This document shows, piece by piece, positions 19,918 through 30,251 of a DNA stretch of 64,000 nt; positions within the stretch are counted from its first letter, which is position 1, and each line of letters begins with the position of its first letter. The stretch is from Candidatus Cloacimonadales bacterium (GTDB taxonomy: Bacteria; Cloacimonadota; Cloacimonadia; Cloacimonadales; JAFGVF01). The notes below the pieces were generated by a model. That model did not search any database and was not told the origin of the DNA. It saw only the letters and a program-made list of their open reading frames with translations. Location: the NCBI GenBank assembly GCA_963663475.2, contig CAXXJV010000002.1:192001-256000 (forward strand), in the 5' to 3' direction. Position numbers and translations under genes: made by a program.

Positions 19918-20659
19918 TCCGAGGGTATATAAAAAATCATATTTAGTTGAGACATATAATACAAGTTATTTTCAGACAATAAAAGTATCAGACCTATTTA
20001 AATATTTACAGGAAGTGGCTTCCTTACATTCTGAATCTATGAAGATAGGCTATAATGATTTAAAATCAATTAATGGAGCTTGGGTTCTTACTAAGCAAAA
20101 ACTTGAAGTAGAAAGACTACCTGAGTCTCTGGAAGAAATAAAAATCCATACTTGGAGTCATAAATATAACAAGATCATTGCGACCAGAAATTTTGTGGTA
20201 ACCGATAGTAACAATGAAATTCTAATAAAGGTAATTTCAGACTGGCTTGTATTAAATTTAAGCAAAAGAAGAATAACTCCATTGACTAAGGTTAACTTAG
20301 ATTCGATAATGTCTTATGATTTGCAATTATTCCCTGAAGATTTAGCTAAGATTGAGATTATTAGAGAGAATTTAGTAAATTCTTTTAGCAAAAAGGTCAG
20401 ATTTTCTGATATTGACTTAAATGGACATATGAATAACACTTCTTATATTGATATGGTTCTTGATTCTATAGCTGAATTCTTTAATCAGCACTATCAGTTA
20501 AAGGTTATTGATACAAATTTTATCCAAGAAGTAAAATATTTAGAAGAAATCCTTATCAATACTTATCAAATAGAAGAATACCTATTTCATCATGAAATTA
20601 TATCTCAACTTGATAATAAACAAGTCTTTACTGCAACCACAAGCTGGGAAAAAGGCTAA
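19892..20659 (+). CDS. Acyl-ACP thioesterase (FatM-like, double hot-dog fold)
   Basis: YLQEVA, WVL and VRFSDIDLNGHMNN motifs; ATG 19892 after GGAGG. Confidence 0.88.
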   Translation: MSLVKALDDPRVYKKSYLVETYNTSYFQTIKVSDLFKYLQEVASLHSESMKIGYNDLKSINGAWVLTKQKLEVERLPESLEEIKIHTWSHKYNKIIATRNFVVTDSNNEILIKVISDWLVLNLSKRRITPLTKVNLDSIMSYDLQLFPEDLAKIEIIRENLVNSFSKKVRFSDIDLNGHMNNTSYIDMVLDSIAEFFNQHYQLKVIDTNFIQEVKYLEEILINTYQIEEYLFHHEIISQLDNKQVFTATTSWEKG

Positions 20660-21696
20660 TGAAGTTTTATTTTCTTAGCCTGGTGATTTCTCTCTTAATA
20701 AGCAGTCTTTTCTCTGTAAATCAATATCCCTTAGATAGTGATTATCATGATTGGGCTTCTCTAGGAGATTCATTACTTCACTACCACCAAGCTAATAGAC
20801 TATTCACAGATATTGAAATAATTGGAAATTCAAGTGTAAACAAGTTACCCTTGTATGCTTTCCATATTCATAAGTCTGATAAAATTAAAAATAAAAAGAA
20901 AAAACTCTGGGAACATAAGCTTGAGAAAAATGTTAAAAAGGTTATCATAATTGGACAGCATCACGGAGAAGAACCGATTGGAGTTGAAATATCTCTTGCT
21001 CTACTTAAGAATTTAACCAGTAATGATGACTTGTCAGACTTGATAAGAAACTATTATTTTGTGATAATTCCAACAGTAAACCCTGAAGCCTTTAAAATAG
21101 TAAATAGTGGTCAATATCCTCTAAAAAGGAAAAATAATTCTGATACCAATAAAAATGGGGTGTTTGACCTTAAAACAGACGGGGTTGATTTAAATAAAAA
21201 TTATCCCAGCAATTGGGAATTAGCTGATTTAAATGACCCCCAAGATCAATACTACAAAGGCCATTCTCCAGGCTCAGAAGCAGAAACTCAGGCAGTTATG
21301 CAACTTGCCCAAAGGTTTTCTTTCGATTATGCATTTTTTTACCACTCATCAGCCAATGGTACTTATCCTGAAATGATATTTTTCCCCTACCATTGGGAGC
21401 AAGAGAAGAGTCAGGATTGGGAAAAAATGAAGACTATTGCTGATTCATTAGCTAGTGATTTACCCTGCTTTTTTAAAGATGAGTATTATCATGTTTACAC
21501 TGGGCAAACAAGCAAGTATGGCTATGCTAGAGATTATTTTTATCGAAATTATGCTACTTATTCCTTCACTATTGAAGTTAGTGGAATTACCCCCCAAGGT
21601 GTCTCATTATTTCTCCCAGATAATAAAGACCTAAGGAAAATAGTTGATAAACATACAAAAGCTCTAATAAAACTCCTTCACGGACTTATAGACTAA
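20659..21696 (+). CDS. Secreted M14 zinc carboxypeptidase
   Basis: Signal peptide; HHGEE (HxxE), PTVNPE, RKN, GVDLNKNY, SEAET, YHS and TIEV motifs. Confidence 0.88.
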   Translation: MKFYFLSLVISLLISSLFSVNQYPLDSDYHDWASLGDSLLHYHQANRLFTDIEIIGNSSVNKLPLYAFHIHKSDKIKNKKKKLWEHKLEKNVKKVIIIGQHHGEEPIGVEISLALLKNLTSNDDLSDLIRNYYFVIIPTVNPEAFKIVNSGQYPLKRKNNSDTNKNGVFDLKTDGVDLNKNYPSNWELADLNDPQDQYYKGHSPGSEAETQAVMQLAQRFSFDYAFFYHSSANGTYPEMIFFPYHWEQEKSQDWEKMKTIADSLASDLPCFFKDEYYHVYTGQTSKYGYARDYFYRNYATYSFTIEVSGITPQGVSLFLPDNKDLRKIVDKHTKALIKLLHGLID

Positions 21697-21738
21697 TCTG
21701 CACTCTTCACTAAAGCTCTACTAGACTATCTGGGTTAA
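21695..21738. repeat. Family-1 element, right-arm fragment (copy C)
   Basis: AATCTGCACTCTTCACTAAAGCTCTACTAGACTATCTGGGTTAA is nearly identical to the right end of copy B. Confidence 0.8.
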
Positions 21739-21898
21739 ATTGCAAAAAAATCAACATTGCTGAAAATTATTACACTTTTGGAACAAAAGTTACATATTAA
21801 AAATCTGTTACATGATGCCCAGTTTAACTGACAACCAAAAGCCATTTAAGCTGATTAATACTAAGAACATATACAGACTAAATTAATAGAGGTAATGT

Positions 21899-24800
21899 AT
21901 GACTCAGAAAAAAAACTTTTTTTGTGTAGTATTCGGACTATTGATACTGCTAACACCTATCTTAGCATATGGACAGTTTCGAGTCGAAAATGAAACCCGC
22001 TCAAACTTGAACATTATTTTCAAAAATCCTGATTTCGAAATCAAACAAGAAACAATTGGTGCAGCTAGTTATGACTATATTAGCTCTCAATCACTCAGCC
22101 TTACTGTAGATGTTGGTTGTCCTGAACTTCCATTTTACTCTTCAGCTATTGAAATTCCTAATACTGGGAAACCTACTATCAATATTAGAGTTCTTGATTC
22201 TGAATTAGTAGAAAATATTAATATTAAACCTTTCAGAGAAAATGAACAAGAAATCTATACTTTTAATAATGAAGTATATACAAAGAACAAATATTATCCC
22301 ACATCTATAGCACAAATCGGGGAACCTGCAATTTTAAGAAATAAAAGAATAGTTAACTTCATAGTTCACCCATTTAGATATAACGATGCTACTAATACAT
22401 TAGAAGTTATTAAAAAGGCTGAAATCGAAATTACTTTCGAAAACCAACCTTCTGTAAATGAAATTACCAGATCATTTATGAAGCCAGATACAAGTTTCGA
22501 AAACTTCTTCGCTTCAACATTATTAAATTATAAAGAACCTACATCTAGAGATGATTACCAAAATCCTACTATCCTCTATATCTATCCTTCAGCTTTAGAA
22601 GGTAATCCTATAGCTAATAACCTTTTCAATTGGAGAAAAGAACAAGGTTGGACTGTTTATACCGCAAGTACAACTCAAACTGGTACTTCAACTTCTACTA
22701 TCAAAGCTTATATTCAAGATGCTTATGATAACTGGGAAAATCCTCCTGCATACGTTACTTTTATAGGCGATGGTTCAGGTTCTTTCTCAATTCCAGTTTA
22801 TACTATCTCTTCTTATAGTGCTGGCGGAGACCACTGGTATGGACTCTTAGAAGGTAATGATGATTTAGAAGATATTTTCTTAGGAAGACTTTCTATTGAA
22901 AATTTAGTTGATCTTTCTACTTTAATTACTAAAACTATAAAGTATGAAAAAGCTACTACTATCCCTGATACAACCTACTACACTAGAAGTCTTTTAGTCG
23001 CTGATACAACTCCATCAGGTCAATCAACTATTATCACTAATCTTTTTGTTAAAGAAATTATGAGTGAATACAATGATGAATATACCTTCATCGAACATTT
23101 TGGTGATTCTCCATCTCCATCTTCAGTATCCAGTGGAATGAATGCTGGTGTTGGTTTCTGGAATTATCGCGGTTGGATTGGTATGGATGGCTGGGGTACT
23201 TCTCAAGCTGCCTCTCTTAATAACGTTAACAAACTTACTGTTTGTGTTATTCTAACCTGTTCAACAGGTACCTTCTACTCAGGAACTTCAGTAACTGAAG
23301 CTGTAGTTCGTTCTGGTTCAGCTTCCTCACCTACTGGTGGTGTTTGTTCTATCGGATTGGCAACTTCAGGTACTCACACAACCTTCAATAATAACCTTAA
23401 TGGTGGTATCATGGGTTACCTCTTCCAAGAAGATGGTTGGACTATGGGTGCTGCTAATAATCGTGGTAAATTCCATCTTTGGGAAGCTTATGGTGTTTCA
23501 AAACCTGAAAGAGTTAACTTCTTCTCTACAATCTGTAACTTAATTGGTGATTCAGCATTGAGAGTTTATAAAGAACAACCAAAATATTTTGAAACAGAAT
23601 ATATCCAAAATGTTGCGGCAGGAACTAATCAGTATAAAGTTAAAACTACTGAAGATGGTTTCGGACTAGAACATGTTTGGGCAACATTAAATATTGGCCA
23701 AGACTATTATACTGGCTATACTAATTCATATGGTGAGATATTCTTTGATATTCCTACTGATGCTAGTGGTGATGGTGTCTTGACTGTTACTAAAGAAGGT
23801 TATAAACCTAACCAATATGACTTAACTTTTGGATTAGAAGCTCCTGTTGTTAATGCTACTGGCTACACTATATATGATGATGCCACTGAAGTAGATTACC
23901 TTACTCCTGGTAAAGACATTAATTTAAAAATTCAAGCTTCAAATGCTGGTTCTGCTGATGTAACAAACATCTCTGCAACTATTTCTGCTATCTCTAATGG
24001 AATTGTTATCAATAATGCTACTGCTGATTTCGGTAACATTTTACAAGGCCAAGATGCTGAAAATACTACAGACTTTGAATTTACAATTCCTAATATTGCT
24101 TTTGAAAACGATATTGCCTTCAGAGTTATCTTCTCTAATGCTACTTATAGCTGGGAAAGACAAATCTTACTCCCAATTCATAGCCCAATTGTACAAGTTG
24201 TCGATTATGAAATGGTAAATACAGACTTTGCTCCAGGTGAAACTTCTGCTATTAATATTGAAGTTACTAATCAAGGTAATGGAGACTTGACTCTTGCTGA
24301 CGCTTACCTATCAACTACTGATAATAGAATTACTATCAATATGGATGAAGCTCTGCTTGGTTCAATAGCTGCTGGTGCAAGTGGAAGTGTTGGTTTCAAT
24401 ATTACTGCTTCTGACGACCTACTTCCTGGTGACTTAGTACCTATGACTCTTACTGTTGAAGATGATGGCTTTGAAACAGCTGCTTACTTCAGTCTTCAAG
24501 TTGGTACTGCAAGTGTTACTGATCCACTTGGTCCTGATGCTTATGGCTACTATATATTCGACTCTTATGATACAGAGTATGATGAATGCCCTGAATATGA
24601 TTGGATTGAACTTGACCCAAGTGAAGGTGGATTTGGTACTATTGTTCCTCTACCTGATGGTGGCGATAACCAAGAACAAGTTGATGTTGTTGACCTTCCT
24701 TTCACATTTAGATTCTATGATAGAGAATATGATAAAATCTCAATCTGTTCTAATGGTTGGTTAGCTATGGGTGAAACTGAACAAGCTACCTTTAGAAACT

Positions 24801-26071
24801 GGAGACTTCCTGGTCCTCTAGGTGCTTCACCAATGATTGCTCCTTTCTGGGATGACCTCATGACTGGTGGCTCAGGCCAAGTCTTTATTGCCCATGACCA
24901 AGCTGAACACTACTTTGTTGTTACTTGGAATGAATGGAAAAATCATTATAATACTTCTTATGAAGAAACTTTCCAGGTTATCTTATATGACCCTGAATAC
25001 TATGGTTCTTCTACAGGAGATGCTCCAATTAAAATTCAATATAAAGTTGTAAATAATATTGATACAGCAGGTGGAAACTCACATGGTGAATATGCAACTG
25101 TTGGTATCGAAGACCATACTGGTACTGTAGGTTTAGAATATACTTATAATAATCAATATCCTCAAGCTGCAAGACCTCTTGAAAATGAAATGGCTCTCTT
25201 TATCACAACTAAGATTGGGCAATTACCTCCATTTGTAACTAATCAACCAAATGATATTACTTTTGAAGAAGACCACTCTGATGAAACAATTGATCTTTAT
25301 AATATCTTTAAAGATCCTAATAATGATATCTTAGAGTTTTCTTTCTCAGAATCTGAAAATCTATCTTTTGAAGTTAATGAAGCTGGTTTCTTAGTTGTTA
25401 CTCCTGCTGATAACTGGCATGGTACAGAAACTGTGACTATTTATGCAGAAGATGGTGTTACCGATATGGTTGTCTCAGTATCCTTCTTAGTTGCTGTTAC
25501 TCCTGTTAATGATAGACCTTCTTTACAAGCTAAGTTCCCAGGAACAACTAACTTTGAATCTACTAATAACTTTGTAAGTTTCGGTGTTGATGTCCTTGAT
25601 GTTGATAGTGAATTAGTTTACGAGTGGAAAGTAGATAATGTTGTAGTTGAAGGTGCAGTTACTGATACTTTAGATTATGTATTTGATAGTGTTGGAGAAT
25701 TCCAAGTTAAATGTTATGCTGCAGATTCAGATTTCACTGTTATTGCTACATGGAATGTTACTGTTCCTGTTTCTAATGATGTTCAAGTCGTTGCTGTTAA
25801 TAACTTAAGCCAGAATATCCCTAACCCATTCAATCCTACTACTACAATAAACTTCTCATTAAGAAAATCTAGTAATGTATCAATTATTGTTTATAATGTT
25901 AAAGGACAAAAAGTAAGAACTCTTGTCTCTGATAACTATAAACAAGGAAATCATACTATCGTTTGGAATGGTTTAGATGATAACCAAAGACCAGTCTCAT
26001 CAGGCGTTTACTTCTACCGTATGTTATCTGATGAATTCCAAGCTACTAAGAAAGCTATAATGATGAAATAA
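21899..26071 (+). CDS. C25 (gingipain-like) family protein with propeptide, Ig-like domains and T9SS-like/FlgD C-terminal domain
   Basis: Propeptide motif GCPELP; C25 motifs IKAYIQDAY, YVTFIGD, DIFLGRLS, KTIKYE and NLIGD; C-terminal QNIPNPFNPTT...YNVKGQKVRTL...WNG...SSGVYFYRM...KKAIMMK. Confidence 0.88.
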   Translation: MTQKKNFFCVVFGLLILLTPILAYGQFRVENETRSNLNIIFKNPDFEIKQETIGAASYDYISSQSLSLTVDVGCPELPFYSSAIEIPNTGKPTINIRVLDSELVENINIKPFRENEQEIYTFNNEVYTKNKYYPTSIAQIGEPAILRNKRIVNFIVHPFRYNDATNTLEVIKKAEIEITFENQPSVNEITRSFMKPDTSFENFFASTLLNYKEPTSRDDYQNPTILYIYPSALEGNPIANNLFNWRKEQGWTVYTASTTQTGTSTSTIKAYIQDAYDNWENPPAYVTFIGDGSGSFSIPVYTISSYSAGGDHWYGLLEGNDDLEDIFLGRLSIENLVDLSTLITKTIKYEKATTIPDTTYYTRSLLVADTTPSGQSTIITNLFVKEIMSEYNDEYTFIEHFGDSPSPSSVSSGMNAGVGFWNYRGWIGMDGWGTSQAASLNNVNKLTVCVILTCSTGTFYSGTSVTEAVVRSGSASSPTGGVCSIGLATSGTHTTFNNNLNGGIMGYLFQEDGWTMGAANNRGKFHLWEAYGVSKPERVNFFSTICNLIGDSALRVYKEQPKYFETEYIQNVAAGTNQYKVKTTEDGFGLEHVWATLNIGQDYYTGYTNSYGEIFFDIPTDASGDGVLTVTKEGYKPNQYDLTFGLEAPVVNATGYTIYDDATEVDYLTPGKDINLKIQASNAGSADVTNISATISAISNGIVINNATADFGNILQGQDAENTTDFEFTIPNIAFENDIAFRVIFSNATYSWERQILLPIHSPIVQVVDYEMVNTDFAPGETSAINIEVTNQGNGDLTLADAYLSTTDNRITINMDEALLGSIAAGASGSVGFNITASDDLLPGDLVPMTLTVEDDGFETAAYFSLQVGTASVTDPLGPDAYGYYIFDSYDTEYDECPEYDWIELDPSEGGFGTIVPLPDGGDNQEQVDVVDLPFTFRFYDREYDKISICSNGWLAMGETEQATFRNWRLPGPLGASPMIAPFWDDLMTGGSGQVFIAHDQAEHYFVVTWNEWKNHYNTSYEETFQVILYDPEYYGSSTGDAPIKIQYKVVNNIDTAGGNSHGEYATVGIEDHTGTVGLEYTYNNQYPQAARPLENEMALFITTKIGQLPPFVTNQPNDITFEEDHSDETIDLYNIFKDPNNDILEFSFSESENLSFEVNEAGFLVVTPADNWHGTETVTIYAEDGVTDMVVSVSFLVAVTPVNDRPSLQAKFPGTTNFESTNNFVSFGVDVLDVDSELVYEWKVDNVVVEGAVTDTLDYVFDSVGEFQVKCYAADSDFTVIATWNVTVPVSNDVQVVAVNNLSQNIPNPFNPTTTINFSLRKSSNVSIIVYNVKGQKVRTLVSDNYKQGNHTIVWNGLDDNQRPVSSGVYFYRMLSDEFQATKKAIMMK

Positions 26072-26126
26072 AATATTAATAAGAGAGAATGTTTGTCTAT
26101 AATCTACCAAACATTCGAAGATATAT

Positions 26127-26152
26127 AGGCCCTGCTTGCAGGGCCTTTTTTT
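26127..26152 (+). terminator. Intrinsic terminator of the C25 gene
   Basis: AGGCCCTGC-TT-GCAGGGCCT followed by a T tract. Confidence 0.88.
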
Positions 26153-26189
26153 ACCCAAAATAATGCAGAAGTCCTTTGTGAATAGCACT
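26151..26189. repeat. Family-1 element, left-arm fragment (copy D)
   Basis: TTACCCAAAATAATGCAGAAGTCCTTTGTGAATAGCACT matches the left arms at 39094, 47112 and 53203. Confidence 0.7.
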
Positions 26190-26480
26190 AACTTATTATG
26201 TTTTGTTTGATGAAAAGTCCTAAATCCTGAAGGGCTAAATTATTTTATCCCTTTCAGGGATACCTTGGATAATCCAACTAATGATAAAATTTTATATTTT
26301 ACTAATTTTCTTCCACCAGACTTGAACTTGATCCAAAAAAAAGTGATAATGATTGCTACTATAGGGAAAACTATAAACTTAGTAAGGGAATAATTGATTA
26401 TGAGTAAAATTTAGGCATACTTATCCTAGTTAGGAAATTGTTTTATGGTTATCAACAGCCTGTATTTATAGAATCTCTAC

Positions 26481-27128
26481 TTATCTAGATTCTTTTACCC
26501 CTATTCTTTGGCAACCATCATAGATAGGGCATTCACTGCATTTTGGTTTGAGAGGGGTACAGAGGTTTTGACCAAAAGCAACAAAATATGAGTTAAAATT
26601 AATCCAATACTTTACAGGTAACTCTTTCCTCAGAGTCATTTCAGTTTCTAGAGGATTCTTTGTCCTTATCATACCAAGTCTGTTAAAAATTCTATGCACA
26701 TGAACATCTACACAAACAGCAGGTTTTTTAAAAGCTATAGCTCTAACTAAATTTGCAGTCTTTCTACCTACTCCTGGTAGTTTGACAAGTTGCTCAATTT
26801 CTTCAGGTATTTGATTGTTAAACTCTTCTCTTAAAACTTTAGGAAGAGCTTTGAGATATTCTGTCTTATGTTTATAAAAGCCTACAGGATAGAGCATTTT
26901 TTCAAGTTCCTGACTAGGAATTTCATCTAAGTCTTCTATTTTTGTAACTTTCTTAAAAAGTTCTTTTACGACCTTAGTAGTAGTACCATCTTTAGTTCTA
27001 GCACTCAATATTGTTGCTACTAGTATTTTAAAGGGGTCTTTTGTTTGTGCTTCAATGAAATCAACAACAGGGGTAGGAAACTCTTTAAAACGAGTCTCAA
27101 GAATTTTATACATCTTATCAAAAGTCAT
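26481..27128 (-). CDS. nth: Endonuclease III
   Basis: HhH motif LPGVGRKTAN, VDVHVHR and the C-terminal Fe-S motif C-x6-C-x2-C-x5-C. Confidence 0.93.
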   Translation of the reverse strand: MTFDKMYKILETRFKEFPTPVVDFIEAQTKDPFKILVATILSARTKDGTTTKVVKELFKKVTKIEDLDEIPSQELEKMLYPVGFYKHKTEYLKALPKVLREEFNNQIPEEIEQLVKLPGVGRKTANLVRAIAFKKPAVCVDVHVHRIFNRLGMIRTKNPLETEMTLRKELPVKYWINFNSYFVAFGQNLCTPLKPKCSECPIYDGCQRIGVKESR

Positions 27129-27464
27129 TTTTACCTCTTTTTTCTAAAATCTCACTGCAATAAAAAACTGTCCAGAAAATTCTTACTTTTCTTATATTTT
27201 CATCCTTATCCTAGATTATTTAGGATTATACATAAGAAATATATGCTATGGATTTTTTTAGATAAAAAGAAATAGTAAATATCGTTTACAGCTGAAAGTC
27301 TAAGAAGGCTTTCTTAATCTGCCATCATCTTAGTTAAGACTGATGGTTGATTAAAAAGTATTTTTTTTCTGTAGAATAGAAATCTAGTAACTAATCACAA
27401 AAGATGAACAAGAGAGAGCTTACTTAGTTTGATAGATAGTAAGCATTATTAGGCAATATCTTAG

Positions 27465-27860
27465 CTATCCCTTATCAATCTGAACGAAATCCTTTACAGA
27501 ATAATCGTATCTCAGGTGATTAACTGGCATATCTCCAATATTATCTAACATCTTCTTCTTATTAAGTTTGCTTATAATTTGACTAAGAAATAAATCTAGT
27601 CCCTCTAAGTAAGGGAATTCTTCCTTATGTTTCATAGGAAGTTCAAAATTTGCAAGAATAACTTCTGTTTCTGTTTCTAAATGAGCTTCAAGTTTTCCCA
27701 CATGATATTCTATTAATATTGTCACATTATTGATTGTAAGAATATCATTATCAAATTTCATATTAAAAGCATAAGTGTTATTTTGATTGATAAACTTACA
27801 CATTCTTGGTAAAAATCTTTTGAATAGCTCAATTTTAAATTGATTCTCTAATGAGTTCAT
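27465..27860 (-). CDS. Hypothetical protein
   Basis: 131 aa ORF with GGGAG RBS; no recognised motif. Confidence 0.65.
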   Translation of the reverse strand: MNSLENQFKIELFKRFLPRMCKFINQNNTYAFNMKFDNDILTINNVTILIEYHVGKLEAHLETETEVILANFELPMKHKEEFPYLEGLDLFLSQIISKLNKKKMLDNIGDMPVNHLRYDYSVKDFVQIDKG

Positions 27861-28077
27861 TTTTTATCTCCCTTACATATTATTTATATAAAAAATTATA
27901 ATGCGTTATTAACAACTAGCAAATATTTATTAGGGAAGAATATTTTAATTTAGATTAAACTGTAACTAATCTCATTATTAACGTTTAAAATTATAGAAGT
28001 TCAGAAATATTTAATTTTTATTGACTTAGATGTTAGTTAATAATAACTTGAAACAAACACAAAAAAAGAGGTAGTTA

Positions 28078-28293
28078 ATGAAAGGTAAAGTAAAATGGTT
28101 TAATGAGAATAAAGGTTACGGATTTATTCTGTCTGAAGATAATGTAGAATACTTTGTACATTGGAAAAGTATTGTAACTCCTAACCCTATGCAACAGAAA
28201 ATACTAATTCAAGATGAAAGAGTAGAATTCGATACAATTGAAACTCCTAGAGGTATTCAGGCTATCAATATCATAAGAGTTGACGCTCAGTAG
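28078..28293 (+). CDS. Cold-shock domain protein
   Basis: KGKVKWFN, KGYGFI (RNP1) and FVHW (RNP2) motifs. Confidence 0.95.
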   Translation: MKGKVKWFNENKGYGFILSEDNVEYFVHWKSIVTPNPMQQKILIQDERVEFDTIETPRGIQAINIIRVDAQ

Positions 28294-28332
28294 TGAGGTG
28301 CTATTTCTGATAAAGTAAAAGGATCTGTTTAG

Positions 28333-30186
28333 ATGGCTAAAATCGGGGCACAGGATTTTTTACCAATATCTCGCCAAGATATGCAAGCGAGGGGGTGGCA
28401 AGAACTAGATATTATTATTGTTTCTGGTGATGCATATATTGACCATCCCAGTTTCGCTGCGTCTGTTATTGGTCGTAGCTTAGAATCTAAGGGTTATAGA
28501 GTCGGAATAATCCCCCAACCCTCTATTACTAATCTAGATGACATCTCTGCTCTAGGACATCCTAGGCTTATGTGGGGAGTAACTTCTGGCAATATGGATT
28601 CTATGGTAAATCACTACACTGCCCAAAAGAAACTCCGCTCAGAAGACGCTTATAGTCCTGATGGACAAATTGGTTTAAGACCTGATAGAGCTGTCTTAAG
28701 ATACACAAATTTAATAAAACAATTTAGCAAAGATAAACCAATAATTATTGGAGGTATAGAGGCTTCAATGCGAAGAATTTCCCACTATGATTATTGGAGT
28801 GATAAAGTAAGAAATTCAATCTTGATAGATTCAAAAGCTGATATGCTTGTCTATGGTATGGGAGAATCAATAATTCAAGAAATAGCAGATAAGTTAAATG
28901 CTGGCTTCCCTATAGAATCCTTACAAGATATTAAAGGCACTGTTACTGTGCTTACTGAAATAGATGAATCTCAAGCCTATGAATTACTCCCAGATGCCTC
29001 AACTTGTTCTGATAAATCTAATTTTATAAAATTAACTCAGATTTTTCAAAATAATTATTCTTCTTCAATAATTTATCAGAAGTATGATAAACGCTATATT
29101 AAACATAACTTACCTGCTGATACTCCTCATTCTCAAGACTTAGATGATATCTATTCTCTACCATTTGTCAGAGATGTTCACCCTATATACAAAAATAAAA
29201 CTTTAAAAGCCTGGGAACAAATCAGAGACTCTATTACTGCTCATAGAGGTTGTGGGGGAGGATGTAATTTTTGTGCTATAGGTTATCATCAGGGGAAAAA
29301 AGTAGCTTCCAGAAGTTTAAAATCAATAATAGAAGAAGTTGAAAATCTAAGTCAAAAAGCATATTTTCATGGTACAATTTCTGACCTTGGTGGCCCTTCT
29401 GCTAATATGTATGGAATGTCATGCAAATTACCTCAAGGATTGGTCTGTAAAAGGTCATCCTGTCTCTACCCAAGTATTTGCCCAAACTTTGATTCAAATC
29501 ATGACTACTACCTAAAACTCCTAGATAAAGTTAATTGTCTTCCAGGTGTTAAAAACCTCTTTATCGCTTCTGGTATCCGTTTTGACCTAGCTCTTAAATC
29601 ACCTAAGTTTATTAAAACTATTACTAAAAGATATATTGGTGGCCATTTAAAATTAGCACCTGAACATAGTGTTCCAAAAGTTCTTAAACTAATGAACAAA
29701 CCAAATATTGATTTATATGAAGACTTTTCTAAACAATTCTTGCACTTCAGTCGGCAGGTAGATAAGAAACAACAAATAATTCCTTACATCATTGTAGGTC
29801 ATCCAGGAACAGACACCAAAGATGCAATCAAATTAGCACTCTACCTGAAAAAACATAATCTGCAATTAGAACAGGTACAAGAGTTTTATCCAACTCCTAT
29901 GACCCCTAGTACTGCTATGTATTATACTGAAAAAGATATTTCCACAGGAAATAAGATATTTGTAGCTAAAGGAAGAAATATCAGACTTCAAAAAGCTTTA
30001 GTTCAGTGGTTTATACCTAGCAACAAGAAATATGTGATTGAAGCTTTAAAATCTCAAGGTATGCTCAATCTCTTAGATGAATTCTACCCTAAGTCTTCAG
30101 CTAAGAAAAGTAAAAACTCAAAATTCTCGCCACAAGATAAGGGAAAGGAATATAGGCAGACTAAAAAGAGAAAGCAGAAAAAATGA
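28333..30186 (+). CDS. ygiQ: YgiQ/UPF0313 family radical SAM protein
   Basis: GDAYIDHPSF, GNMDSMVNHYT, CGGGCNFC, DLGGPSANMY and FYPTPMT motifs. Confidence 0.92.
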   Translation: MAKIGAQDFLPISRQDMQARGWQELDIIIVSGDAYIDHPSFAASVIGRSLESKGYRVGIIPQPSITNLDDISALGHPRLMWGVTSGNMDSMVNHYTAQKKLRSEDAYSPDGQIGLRPDRAVLRYTNLIKQFSKDKPIIIGGIEASMRRISHYDYWSDKVRNSILIDSKADMLVYGMGESIIQEIADKLNAGFPIESLQDIKGTVTVLTEIDESQAYELLPDASTCSDKSNFIKLTQIFQNNYSSSIIYQKYDKRYIKHNLPADTPHSQDLDDIYSLPFVRDVHPIYKNKTLKAWEQIRDSITAHRGCGGGCNFCAIGYHQGKKVASRSLKSIIEEVENLSQKAYFHGTISDLGGPSANMYGMSCKLPQGLVCKRSSCLYPSICPNFDSNHDYYLKLLDKVNCLPGVKNLFIASGIRFDLALKSPKFIKTITKRYIGGHLKLAPEHSVPKVLKLMNKPNIDLYEDFSKQFLHFSRQVDKKQQIIPYIIVGHPGTDTKDAIKLALYLKKHNLQLEQVQEFYPTPMTPSTAMYYTEKDISTGNKIFVAKGRNIRLQKALVQWFIPSNKKYVIEALKSQGMLNLLDEFYPKSSAKKSKNSKFSPQDKGKEYRQTKKRKQKK

Positions 30187-30251
30187 AATTATGTTTGACA
30201 TATTCTTAGCTCTTGCAAAGTTTAAATATCACAAAAGTCTTGGAGAAAGTA

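Noticed and set aside
21778-21794. Sigma54-like promoter TTGGAACAAAAGTTACA upstream of the C25 gene
   Set aside because: The -12 element reads AC instead of the near-invariant GC.
21695-26189. C25 gene as an integrated circle bounded by complementary half-elements
   Set aside because: Both fragments extend past the shared GCACT with family-like sequence, so there is no clean crossover; independent decay is simpler.
26224-26261. CCTGAAGGG...CCCTTTCAGG hairpin as a fourth repeat family
   Set aside because: Only one degenerate copy is visible in this window, which is not enough support.
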